From the IMG/VR virus record IMGVR_UViG_3300049172_000034, positions 1-26,233 of that record: DNA of 26,233 nt; one strand, given 5' to 3'. The translations under genes were made by a program, and so were the position numbers. Positions 17,665 to 25,422 of the stretch are shown here, piece by piece. The DNA comes from a virus. Taxonomy: Duplodnaviria > Caudoviricetes. Under the pieces are notes generated by a model. The model was not told the origin of the DNA. It saw only the letters and a list, made by a program, of their open reading frames with translations, and searched no databases. Every line of letters starts with the position of its first letter. Position 1 is the first letter of the stretch.

Positions 17665-18615
17665 TCACAGCCCATCGAGGTAGCGAGCGGCGGAGGGCCG
17701 ACGGAAGTCGACGCCGCCGAGCCGGAAGATCCCGGGCACCTCGAATACCATCGGCCCCGTCTGCCAGACCGGCAGGAAGCGGAACGGCATCGGCATGTGC
17801 AGCTTCAGCACTTCGGGATTGCGGCGGTAGAACACCACGCGAGAGACGCCACCGGCACCGGCAGTCTCCAGACCCAGGATGCCGCGGATGGTCAACTGGC
17901 GCCCCGTGGTGGCCGTATAGGCGTTCGTGCGCTGGAAGAACGAGAGGATCGTCTCGTTGCTGCCGGACGCGTAGGGCGTCGCCGCCAAGTACATGAGCAG
18001 CGCGATCGGCATCAGAACCGTATCCGCCATCTCGACGGTGTTGGTGCCGGTGTAGATGCCGGTGAGCTGGCCATTCAGGTCGCGGACGATCTGCGCCGGC
18101 GTCTTGGCCGTGGCCGCAGTGGCTGAGGCCGTCCCGTCCGCCGGCGCCGTGGTGACGGTGACAGCGGCCGAGTTGACGACACCGGTCTGGCCGACCGTGG
18201 TGTCACCGAAGAAGGTCACGCGGTTCACGAAGTCGAAGTGGGCGCGACGCGCCGCAGCGGCCTTGTCGGTGCTCAGGTTCATGCCCATCAGCTGGGCCGT
18301 CCCGAGTTCCTCGGTCGTGTAGCGGTAGCCGATCGCGGCCATGCGGACCTGGGTCTCGCCCTTGTCGCGCAGCACCTCGGCCAGCGGCACGTCGTGGGCC
18401 TGACCGGCGAACCACTGCGCCTGGCCAACCGCGTCGGTCGAGAAGTAGGTGACCGACTTGATCCACTCCGGCGCGGAGGTATCCACCGGCACCAGCTCGG
18501 CCCAGGGCAGGTCCGGGTACTGGATGCGGTAGACCTGCGGCTCGATGTAGGTCAGCTGCTGGGTGAGGAAGCTCAGCGAGCGCTGGGCATCCCCCATGAA
18601 GGTCATTGCGTTCAT
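17665..18615 (-). CDS. Major capsid protein (DUF2184 family, HK97 fold)
   Basis: 316 aa. IEP.VY...YP...W.ELVPV, GY.Y..EEL..A, FFGD, P.PFRFLP, GG....RP....Y.DG motifs. SD GAGGAGG. Confidence 0.88.
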   Translation of the reverse strand: MNAMTFMGDAQRSLSFLTQQLTYIEPQVYRIQYPDLPWAELVPVDTSAPEWIKSVTYFSTDAVGQAQWFAGQAHDVPLAEVLRDKGETQVRMAAIGYRYTTEELGTAQLMGMNLSTDKAAAARRAHFDFVNRVTFFGDTTVGQTGVVNSAAVTVTTAPADGTASATAATAKTPAQIVRDLNGQLTGIYTGTNTVEMADTVLMPIALLMYLAATPYASGSNETILSFFQRTNAYTATTGRQLTIRGILGLETAGAGGVSRVVFYRRNPEVLKLHMPMPFRFLPVWQTGPMVFEVPGIFRLGGVDFRRPSAARYLDGL

Positions 18616-18626
18616 GTGGGGCCTCC

Positions 18627-19076
18627 TCAGCCCAGGTACACAACGGAAAGCTGGTTGGTGGTCGTCGTGGTGACCTCCCAGACCGCGTTCGGGATGAGGG
18701 TGTTGGAGGTGGACACGTTGGTCAGTACCCCCGTGGCCGGCACGAAGTAGACCGGGTCGCCATCAGCCACCGCGACGGAGGCGATAACCACCACCGGGCC
18801 CTTGGTGATGATGTTCGCGACCGAGTTCTGCGGATACGTGTCCGCCGTGGCGCCGACCTGCGTGTTGTCGAGCACAGCGATGCCCACGAAGCCGCGCGAA
18901 GCCTCGGAGACGCGGACCTGGTTGTCACCGGTGCCGCGCACAGCAACCTTGCCGAAGCCGATGCCGGCTGCCGTCTCCACGACGCGGCTGACCACGGTGC
19001 GGGGACGCATGTCGGGGATCATGCCCTCAACGAAGCGGGCCTGGGTCAGCCCGTAGCTGGTCTGGATAGCGGGCAT
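18627..19076 (-). CDS. Head decoration/cement protein
   Basis: 149-aa beta-rich protein (GIGFG..V.RG, F.GIAV, G...V.....V..GD.VY) between DUF2213 and the MCP. Confidence 0.75.
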   Translation of the reverse strand: MPAIQTSYGLTQARFVEGMIPDMRPRTVVSRVVETAAGIGFGKVAVRGTGDNQVRVSEASRGFVGIAVLDNTQVGATADTYPQNSVANIITKGPVVVIASVAVADGDPVYFVPATGVLTNVSTSNTLIPNAVWEVTTTTTNQLSVVYLG

Positions 19077-19077
19077 C

Positions 19078-20202
19078 TCAGTTCACCCCCTTCTGGCCGG
19101 CGTTCTGCCAAGCGTTGGTCAGGTCATCGATGCCTGCCTTCCAGGCCGTCGCGCTGTCATTCACGACTGGCGCGGCCGGGGCGCGGAAGCGCATCGGGTC
19201 GTTGGCCGGTGCGGCGTCGGCCACGGCGGTGAGCGTCTCGAAAGCCGCCAGCACGTAGTCGTCGGACTTGCCGGTCACCGCGGCATCGCCGAGGCGCTTG
19301 GCCACGGCGGCGCGCCGCAGATCGGCGTCGGACTTGCCGGCCACGTCGAAGGAGTCACCCAGCACCTTGCGGGCGGAGGCGATGACACCAGCGCGGGCCG
19401 TCACGAGGGCGTCCAGAGCTGTGGCGTCGGGGATCTTGGCCTTGAGCGCCGCGATCTCGCCGTCCTTGGCCTCGATGGCCTTGGCATGGTCGGCCTTCAG
19501 CGCGTCGGCGGCGCCGTTCGCGCGATCGACCAGGGCCTGAGCATCGCTCAGCTGCCGCTGCAGCTTCCCAATCGCCTCGGCCCCTTGAGGGGTGGTGTCG
19601 ATCGTCAGGCCGTCCACGACGACCTTGTTCAGTTCGCCGGGCATGGGCCGGACTCCTGTGGTTGAAGGGGTGGGGTCGCGATCCCCAATGCGCGCACCGG
19701 GGCCGGCACGCGCCGCATCGACGACCGCGAGGTGGTTGCCGACGATGTTTCGCTGGACCGCGTCGTAAGCCTGGCCGTCGGCCGTCCGCCCCGGGGTCCA
19801 ATCGATCTTGCAGGCGTAGCCGACCGAGAGCTGGCACTTGCCGGCCTGCACATCCTCGATCGCTGCCTGATCCATGAGCGCCAAGGGAACGCGGATCCAA
19901 TCGCCGTCCCGAGTGACCTCTCCACCGGTCATGCCAACCGAGTGCTGGCGCCAGTTCTTGGCCGTCACCGGTTCCGTTGGGTGGTCCATCGTCACTGGCC
20001 GATGGGCGAGCGAGCCCATCGCTTTAGCGTCGAACACCTCTTCCTCGGGCCGGTAGACACGAACGATGTCGCGGCTGGCGTCACCAAGCTCGGAGCCACG
20101 GTAAAGCTGGATCCCGGTCCGCGCGATCCGCGGGGTAGCCACGAGGTATCCAGTCTCGGTGGACCGAACGTCCCCGAGTGCCACGGCATCGAAAAGCTGC
20201 AT
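19078..20202 (-). CDS. DUF2213 prohead protease/scaffold protein
   Basis: ARTGIQ.Y, VYRP.EEVF, PVT.DHP, LS.GY, NHLAVV..ARAG motifs, followed by an Ala-rich coiled-coil C-terminal half. Confidence 0.88.
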   Translation of the reverse strand: MQLFDAVALGDVRSTETGYLVATPRIARTGIQLYRGSELGDASRDIVRVYRPEEEVFDAKAMGSLAHRPVTMDHPTEPVTAKNWRQHSVGMTGGEVTRDGDWIRVPLALMDQAAIEDVQAGKCQLSVGYACKIDWTPGRTADGQAYDAVQRNIVGNHLAVVDAARAGPGARIGDRDPTPSTTGVRPMPGELNKVVVDGLTIDTTPQGAEAIGKLQRQLSDAQALVDRANGAADALKADHAKAIEAKDGEIAALKAKIPDATALDALVTARAGVIASARKVLGDSFDVAGKSDADLRRAAVAKRLGDAAVTGKSDDYVLAAFETLTAVADAAPANDPMRFRAPAAPVVNDSATAWKAGIDDLTNAWQNAGQKGVN

Positions 20203-20205
20203 GGC

Positions 20206-21528
20206 CTACTCCGTCTGAGCCGGGCGCGCCGTAGCGACCTTCACGATGACCGGCGCCGGCGCCTCGTTCCCGGCCGCTTCCACCGCAGCCTCGAGGCCTG
20301 GGTAGGTGCCGTCCTCGATAAGCTGGTTCCGGACCCCAGCCCGGAGCGCGGACGGCGGCAGGAACGCGCCCTGTGCGTAGATCTGCGTCGCCTGAGCCTT
20401 CTTCAGCCCGATCTCCGCTTTCTCGGCGTCGGTCAGCTGCCAGAGCGGCTCCCAATTGAAGTGGACCGCCGCAGGTCGGCTGCCGAGAGCCGAGCGGATC
20501 AGCGCCTCGTCTAGCCGTGCCATGGCGGGCTCGAGTTCGGTCTCGCGGCCGACCTGCACCTCGTCGTACCAGGCGCGCGTCTCGGTATCACCGCCTGAAC
20601 CTGAGTTGAGCCCCGACGGGGCACGCCGGAACAGGCGCGAGAGCGGCATCTTGCCGGCACCGGCGCACAGATCGAGGAAGAGGCGCGCAATCTCGGGCAG
20701 GCCAGCGAAATTCAGCTGCTTCTGCTCCCAGACCTCCTTCAGGTCCCGGAGCAGACTGCCATTCACACCCTTGCTCCGCGCCGCCAGGGCAAAGCGGGCA
20801 AGGATCTTGGCCTGATAGTTCGGGTCCTTGGCGTACTCGCTCAGGTTCTCCACCCCAAACACATCCACCTTGGCCTCGGTGGTCATGGACGCGATGGACG
20901 AGGTCGCCGTGGCCGCCTGCAGGACTGTGTCGTAGACGCGCTGAAGCACTGTCCGGCCCCAGCCGCCAATATCGGTGCGCTCGATGGCTTCCTCGCCGAT
21001 GAAGCGGACCATGCGCGAAGGGTGAACCCGGACCGGTTGGCCGTTGTTCCCCCCGATCTCGTACCACTCCGGCTCGCCGAAGTAGGGCGAGAGCACATCG
21101 CCAACCAGCGGGCCGGTGGTGGCCTCCTGTCGGCTGAAGACGTGCAGGTAGCGAAGGCCGCCACGCGCAAGCCGATCGATCGACAGTTCCTTGGCCGGAT
21201 CCGCATCCCCAGTTCCCAGGAAGATAGCCGAGCCACCATCCTTCCGCGCCAGCTTCCGCGCCTTACGCACCTTCCAGCGGACGCCAAGTGCCTTCTCGGC
21301 GCTCTCCAGGGGGCCGATCTGGCGCTGCCCAGCCTGCCACCGGCGCCAGGTGCGCGTCTCATCGTCCGGCACGGCATCCACGATGGTGCCTGCAATCCAG
21401 TCCGACGTGTAGAGGTCGTCGATCTCCTGCTGCGTTAGCACGCGCTGCACGAAGCGGCCGGCGGCTAGTTTATCCCGGTCGGTGCCGAGATTGGCGACGA
21501 TGTTCGTCAGGCTATCGGAGAGGAACAA
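20206..21528 (-). CDS. Portal protein (DUF1073 family)
   Basis: D.L.N.VA.LGT.RDK, P.D.TR.WR, VH.SR, P..RLF...P.GLN, F.W.PLWQL motifs, directly after terL. TTG 21528 is best spaced from GGGGAGGG; the track uses TTG 21534. Confidence 0.88.
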   Translation of the reverse strand: MFLSDSLTNIVANLGTDRDKLAAGRFVQRVLTQQEIDDLYTSDWIAGTIVDAVPDDETRTWRRWQAGQRQIGPLESAEKALGVRWKVRKARKLARKDGGSAIFLGTGDADPAKELSIDRLARGGLRYLHVFSRQEATTGPLVGDVLSPYFGEPEWYEIGGNNGQPVRVHPSRMVRFIGEEAIERTDIGGWGRTVLQRVYDTVLQAATATSSIASMTTEAKVDVFGVENLSEYAKDPNYQAKILARFALAARSKGVNGSLLRDLKEVWEQKQLNFAGLPEIARLFLDLCAGAGKMPLSRLFRRAPSGLNSGSGGDTETRAWYDEVQVGRETELEPAMARLDEALIRSALGSRPAAVHFNWEPLWQLTDAEKAEIGLKKAQATQIYAQGAFLPPSALRAGVRNQLIEDGTYPGLEAAVEAAGNEAPAPVIVKVATARPAQTE

Positions 21529-21546
21529 GCGCAACCCTCCCCGGCA

Positions 21547-22848
21547 TCACACCCAGTCATAGGAGGCGTCGAAGGGCGCCTCTCCCAGCATCAGCTCTGT
21601 CAGCGCCCAGATCAGCGCGTCCGCCCGGTCCGGCGACTTGGCCCCCTGGTAGCCGGCCGACGAGAACGCCTGCAGCTGCTCCTCGAGGTCTGGCATCGCC
21701 TCCAGGTGCTTTACGCGCCCCTGCTCATAAAGCGCCGCGACCGGCTCAGCCCGCTGGACCTTGCCGCGCGAGGCAGTCACCAGCTTGATTGGCACCGTCG
21801 GGCGGATTGCACGGATGGTGCTCTCCACCATGGCGCCGCCGAAGTTCCGCTCCGCTACAATGCAGTCGGCGCGGTGCTCATCGAAGAGCCGCAGCGCTGC
21901 CTTGGCCCATCCGTTCGGCCCGTCGCGCAGAGAGCCATCCTTCAGCGCGTACCCCATGCCGTCTTGGCCGCGCCCGGCAGCAACGACTCCGATCTCGTCC
22001 GACCGCCAGTCCTCGGGGCCCGAGCAGCCCGAAGGGTCCACTGCGATCACCACTCTCTGCATCGTGGGCAGCTGCGCCTCGGCGACCCGCTGGATCCGAT
22101 CCAGCGTCCAAAGCGCGTTGTCCACCTGCGAGAGGTACTCACCCTCGAGGAAGCGCCGCCGCTCCTTCTCGGGAAGAGCGGCGAGCATCTTCAGATACGC
22201 GCCCGGCAGGTTCTGGGTGTTGTCGGCCGGATTGATCCGCATGGACGCGTAGAGGTGCCGGTCTTCCAGTGCCTTCCCGCTGCTGGGCTCTATGCCCATT
22301 TCGAACAGCCGATACGTCCAGTGCCCCACGGTCGGGGGGTTGGCGTCGTAGTAGGCCTTCAGTGCCAGCCCTGAGTTTTGCGCCAAGCGTGTGATGGCCA
22401 TGTTCCGGGCCGCGTAGGAAAGCTGCGAGCACTCGTTCAGGTAGATGGTGGAGTGCTCCTGCCCGAGGATGCGCTCCGTCCGTTCCTTGTCGTCCAGGCC
22501 GCCGAACAGGATCTGCGACCCGTTGGGGAAGGTCGCGAACCAGTCCGTCTTGTTCAGCTCGTAGCGCAGCCCCGGGAAGCATCCCCGTACCACCTTCGGC
22601 AGGGTGTCGCCGATGATCGAGGCCTTCAGGTGATTGAACCGGAAGCGCAGGATGGCGTGGGTCGAGCCTGAGGCCTTAAGCGCCCGCATGATGACGGCAC
22701 GGGTGAGCAGAAAGGTCTTGCCCGACCGCGATCCACCCCGGATCAGGATGTGCTGCGCCGGCCCAGCGAGTAGGCGGTTTGCCTCAGTCTGCCGAGCCGT
22801 GAGCTTAAAGGGCGGCGTCGTCGCTGCTGATGTTGAAGGTGAGGGCAA
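21547..22848 (-). CDS. terL: Terminase large subunit
   Basis: Walker A GGSRSGKT, Walker B-like TIYLNE, coupling motif DANP, nuclease motifs AVDPS, ERNFGG and SPDRADA. The start codon is uncertain. Confidence 0.95.
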   Translation of the reverse strand: MPSPSTSAATTPPFKLTARQTEANRLLAGPAQHILIRGGSRSGKTFLLTRAVIMRALKASGSTHAILRFRFNHLKASIIGDTLPKVVRGCFPGLRYELNKTDWFATFPNGSQILFGGLDDKERTERILGQEHSTIYLNECSQLSYAARNMAITRLAQNSGLALKAYYDANPPTVGHWTYRLFEMGIEPSSGKALEDRHLYASMRINPADNTQNLPGAYLKMLAALPEKERRRFLEGEYLSQVDNALWTLDRIQRVAEAQLPTMQRVVIAVDPSGCSGPEDWRSDEIGVVAAGRGQDGMGYALKDGSLRDGPNGWAKAALRLFDEHRADCIVAERNFGGAMVESTIRAIRPTVPIKLVTASRGKVQRAEPVAALYEQGRVKHLEAMPDLEEQLQAFSSAGYQGAKSPDRADALIWALTELMLGEAPFDASYDWV

Positions 22849-23470
22849 CGGGTGTATCGCCCTTGTCTTTGAACATGCCCAGGTGACGGGCGACCTGCTC
22901 CAGAGCCTTGGCCTGGTCCTGCAGCTTCACCTCGAGACCGTCCTTGCCTTCCTTCACGCCCGCATAAAGCAGGCGGGCCGGGCCTTTGACCTGGCGGGTG
23001 TCTGCCACATGGACGCTGCCCACCCCTTCGCCGCGGCACTCGGGGCACGCGGGATGCGGCGGGCGGGTGCGGTCGAAGTCCAGGCCGCCTTCTGGCTCAG
23101 GCTCGGGTTGCTTCGCTTGGCGCGCCTTAGCGCATGCCCGGGTGAACTCTACAGCGGTCCACTGATACGCGTGACCCTCGCCCCAGCAGTGCCGGCAGCA
23201 AGTCCGGCGGAACTGCACTAGCTCGTTCGGGTCCGCGGTCGCGACGTCCCACCAGCGCTGCAGGACCATGTCCTGCGTGATCTCGGTGCGGGCGGAGCGG
23301 GCGGCCTGGGCCTCGGCGATGAGCGCCGAGATAGCAGGATCGGCGAGCAGCTTGTGCGCGTTAGCCTGCGCGTTCTTGGGTGTGTAGCCCGCCCGTATGG
23401 CCGCCTGCATGGCGTTCAGGTCGATAAGGTATTCTTCAGCAAACCGCCGCTGCTGGTCGGTCAGGGCCAT
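22805..23470 (-). CDS. terS: Terminase small subunit with Cys-rich insertion
   Basis: Classic N-terminus LT.QQ.RF..EYL.DLNA.QAAIRAGY and C-terminal ALE..ARHLGMF. SD AGGAGG. Confidence 0.92.
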   Translation of the reverse strand: MALTDQQRRFAEEYLIDLNAMQAAIRAGYTPKNAQANAHKLLADPAISALIAEAQAARSARTEITQDMVLQRWWDVATADPNELVQFRRTCCRHCWGEGHAYQWTAVEFTRACAKARQAKQPEPEPEGGLDFDRTRPPHPACPECRGEGVGSVHVADTRQVKGPARLLYAGVKEGKDGLEVKLQDQAKALEQVARHLGMFKDKGDTPVALTFNISSDDAAL

Positions 23471-23506
23471 GTTCGCCTCCTAGGCGCGCCCACCCCTCCA
23501 GCGGCC

Positions 23507-23546
23507 AAAAAAGGAAGCGCCCCAGGGCCGGGTGGCTCCAGGGCGC
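23507..23546 (-). terminator. Putative intrinsic terminator in the late-operon leader
   Basis: Minus strand GCGCCCTGGAGCC-ACCC-GGCCCTGGGGCGC-TTCCTTTTTT: a 13-position stem (2 GU, 1 mismatch) plus U-tract, ~36 nt before the terS ATG. Confidence 0.65.
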
Positions 23547-23554
23547 GCAATTCC

Positions 23555-23595
23555 AATATGGTTGCTGTCTCGCATAGATGTGGCACATCGGTCAA
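23555..23595 (-). promoter_or_regulatory. Putative late promoter with palindromic regulator site
   Basis: TTGACC (23595-23590) directly followed by the palindrome GATGTG-N-CACATC (23577-23589). No consensus -10 is recognisable. Confidence 0.45.
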
Positions 23596-23694
23596 GACCA
23601 AATTTTAAGCAATGAGGCGCTTTTTTGGGGGGGGCTCTCGATATAGCTCGCCTAGCAGTTGTAAGATCGGTAACGAATCGAGGAACCGTACAAA

Positions 23695-24690
23695 ATGGCT
23701 CATCCGCTGGGCGTTAGCTGGAAGAGAAACTTCATCAAGCTCCCTCCTGCTGCCGAGCGAACTCTTACGAAGCAGGCCGCCGCGGGAAGCGGTGTTGTCG
23801 TTGCTGCATGCACCAAGCATATCCCGCTTAGCGCTATACGAGCCGGCCAGTACTCGCACCTCGGTATCGGGATCGACAGCAGCGGCGCTGTAGTCTTTCC
23901 GCCTCAGGCAGCACCCCACCCGTTAGCCGGAAAGTACTCGGAGCGGAATGCCAACGGTCAGAACATCACGCGGCGCGATCTACCTAAGGTGCAAAAGACT
24001 TGGCACTGGACGTTTCCTGCATTTGGTGACTGGTCGAAGCCTGTAACAGCATCGCACACAAAAGATGTGTACCAAGTCGAGTATAAAGCACCTGAAGAGG
24101 CGATGATTAACATCGAGCTTCTCAAAGAGCTGGCAGGAAGCGATCCGACGTATATCTTCAAATTCTCAATCGATCGATCGCTCGATCCCGCCGCCCCTGA
24201 AGCGGCCTCGCGGCTTCTGGCGCACATCAACCTCTTGCAGGAGAACACCGGGACCTCCGGCGTTTTCCCTGGCGATGCGGGAACTAGCGCTTACCTGCAG
24301 GCGGCACAGGTGGCATGGGAGCTAATCCCTGTCGGGAACCGTGACGCTGTGCTGCTTCGCCTCTTCAGCAAGACCGGCAAATTCGACGATGAAGCAAGAC
24401 GGAAGGCGATCGAGAGGTACGATCTGCTTAACTCAATGCGCCCCCAAAATTGGATCTCTGGCTCTACGGGCTTTCAGCGCTATTTCGGGGCCCAGTTCGG
24501 GAACAATCTGGTCGTCTTCGAGAACCTCGCCTACGGCAACGCCTTGTACTTGATGAAGGAGAATTGGCAAGCATTGAGCCGGCTCAGCCGGGGCGAACTC
24601 ATCGATAAGCACTCCGACAAGGTGATGCGCATCACACACACCCCCGGCTGGCAGGCAAGGCTTAAGGCTGCTGTATCGGAGATGCGCTAG
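23695..24690 (+). CDS. Moron: protein of unknown function (331 aa)
   Basis: ATG with GAGGA upstream and an AT-richer leader. Lower GC (hand count 25/60 at 24061-24120). Normal globular composition. It fills the gap between the late regulator and the terS leader on the opposite strand. Confidence 0.85.
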   Translation: MAHPLGVSWKRNFIKLPPAAERTLTKQAAAGSGVVVAACTKHIPLSAIRAGQYSHLGIGIDSSGAVVFPPQAAPHPLAGKYSERNANGQNITRRDLPKVQKTWHWTFPAFGDWSKPVTASHTKDVYQVEYKAPEEAMINIELLKELAGSDPTYIFKFSIDRSLDPAAPEAASRLLAHINLLQENTGTSGVFPGDAGTSAYLQAAQVAWELIPVGNRDAVLLRLFSKTGKFDDEARRKAIERYDLLNSMRPQNWISGSTGFQRYFGAQFGNNLVVFENLAYGNALYLMKENWQALSRLSRGELIDKHSDKVMRITHTPGWQARLKAAVSEMR

Positions 24691-24699
24691 CGCATCTCC
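24678..24699. repeat. Perfect 22-bp palindrome spanning the moron stop codon
   Basis: GGAGATGCGCTAGCGCATCTCC is its own reverse complement. Confidence 0.9.
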
Positions 24700-24712
24700 A
24701 TCCGCTCCACAC

Positions 24713-25243
24713 TCAGCACCCCCACCATTCAGCCAGCCGCGTGAGCGTGGCCTGCACCTGCCCCATCGTTACCTTCTGGTCCTCCTTCCGCCGGTCCGCG
24801 ATCGCCCGTACCGACAAGTTCTCCACTACCAGCAGGTCCAGCAGGGCCCGGCCGTTGTTCCCCACTGCTCCGCGGGCACCCCGGAGGCTCACAGCGGCCC
24901 TCACCTGCATCTCAGCGGGGTGTCCCTGCATCCAGGGCGGCGTACGGCCTGTGGAGATGATCGGGCGATCCCTGGCGCCCTGCTCCATCTCGCTCTCCAT
25001 CAGGTAGCGATCGCAGGCCTCGCGCTGAGCATCCTTCAGCGTCCCTCGGCGCCACAGCTCATCGTAGTGGCAAACCTTCCGCGCGCCGCGGACGGAGACA
25101 CCCTGAGGCGCTTCGGGATCCGGCCGGTCCACGACCTCGACGGCCTTGGGCAGCCCCGCCGCCTCCCGCTCCCGGCGGATCGACGGGCCATAGTCGCCCA
25201 CTAGCGCCAGAGCCATCGCCCGCTTCTGCTTCCGACGCGCCAT
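24713..25243 (-). CDS. Putative late-gene regulator (DUF6456-like, C-terminal HTH; lambda Q position)
   Basis: RG.L...Q..A.DRY...A..AVG...LL...VVE.LS...IA...L..LAE.WG pattern. Last minus-strand gene before the packaging operon. Confidence 0.65.
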   Translation of the reverse strand: MARRKQKRAMALALVGDYGPSIRREREAAGLPKAVEVVDRPDPEAPQGVSVRGARKVCHYDELWRRGTLKDAQREACDRYLMESEMEQGARDRPIISTGRTPPWMQGHPAEMQVRAAVSLRGARGAVGNNGRALLDLLVVENLSVRAIADRRKEDQKVTMGQVQATLTRLAEWWGC

Positions 25244-25422
25244 CAGGCTCCCTTTCCAATAATTTCCAAGGCTTCACGCGGCCCTCGATTGTCATTCGCC
25301 GCCGCCGCGACCCGCGCCCACCAGTCGACGGTCTCGCGGGTATGGAGGAGGTCGCGCGCCGTGCGCATCCCGCCCAGCATCGCCGACCAGTGGTGCGGGC
25401 GGATGGAGAGGGGGCGGGTCAT
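25243..25422 (-). CDS. Hypothetical phage protein (59 aa, MTRPLSIRP...)
   Basis: ATGA overlap with the upstream gene and TGATG overlap with the downstream gene. The track ORF is overextended to 25605. Confidence 0.55.
   Translation of the reverse strand: MTRPLSIRPHHWSAMLGGMRTARDLLHTRETVDWWARVAAAANDNRGPREALEIIGKGA

Noticed and set aside
20206-21534. Anti-CBASS Acb1 function, a label often attached to DUF1073 proteins
   Set aside because: The protein is portal-sized and ends without a C-terminal 2H-phosphoesterase domain. No paired HxT/S motifs are seen.
23471-24712. Lysis cassette at the lambdoid position after the Q-like gene
   Set aside because: No holin, endolysin or spanin signature. 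The slot holds the moron, and lysis genes are presumably outside the window.
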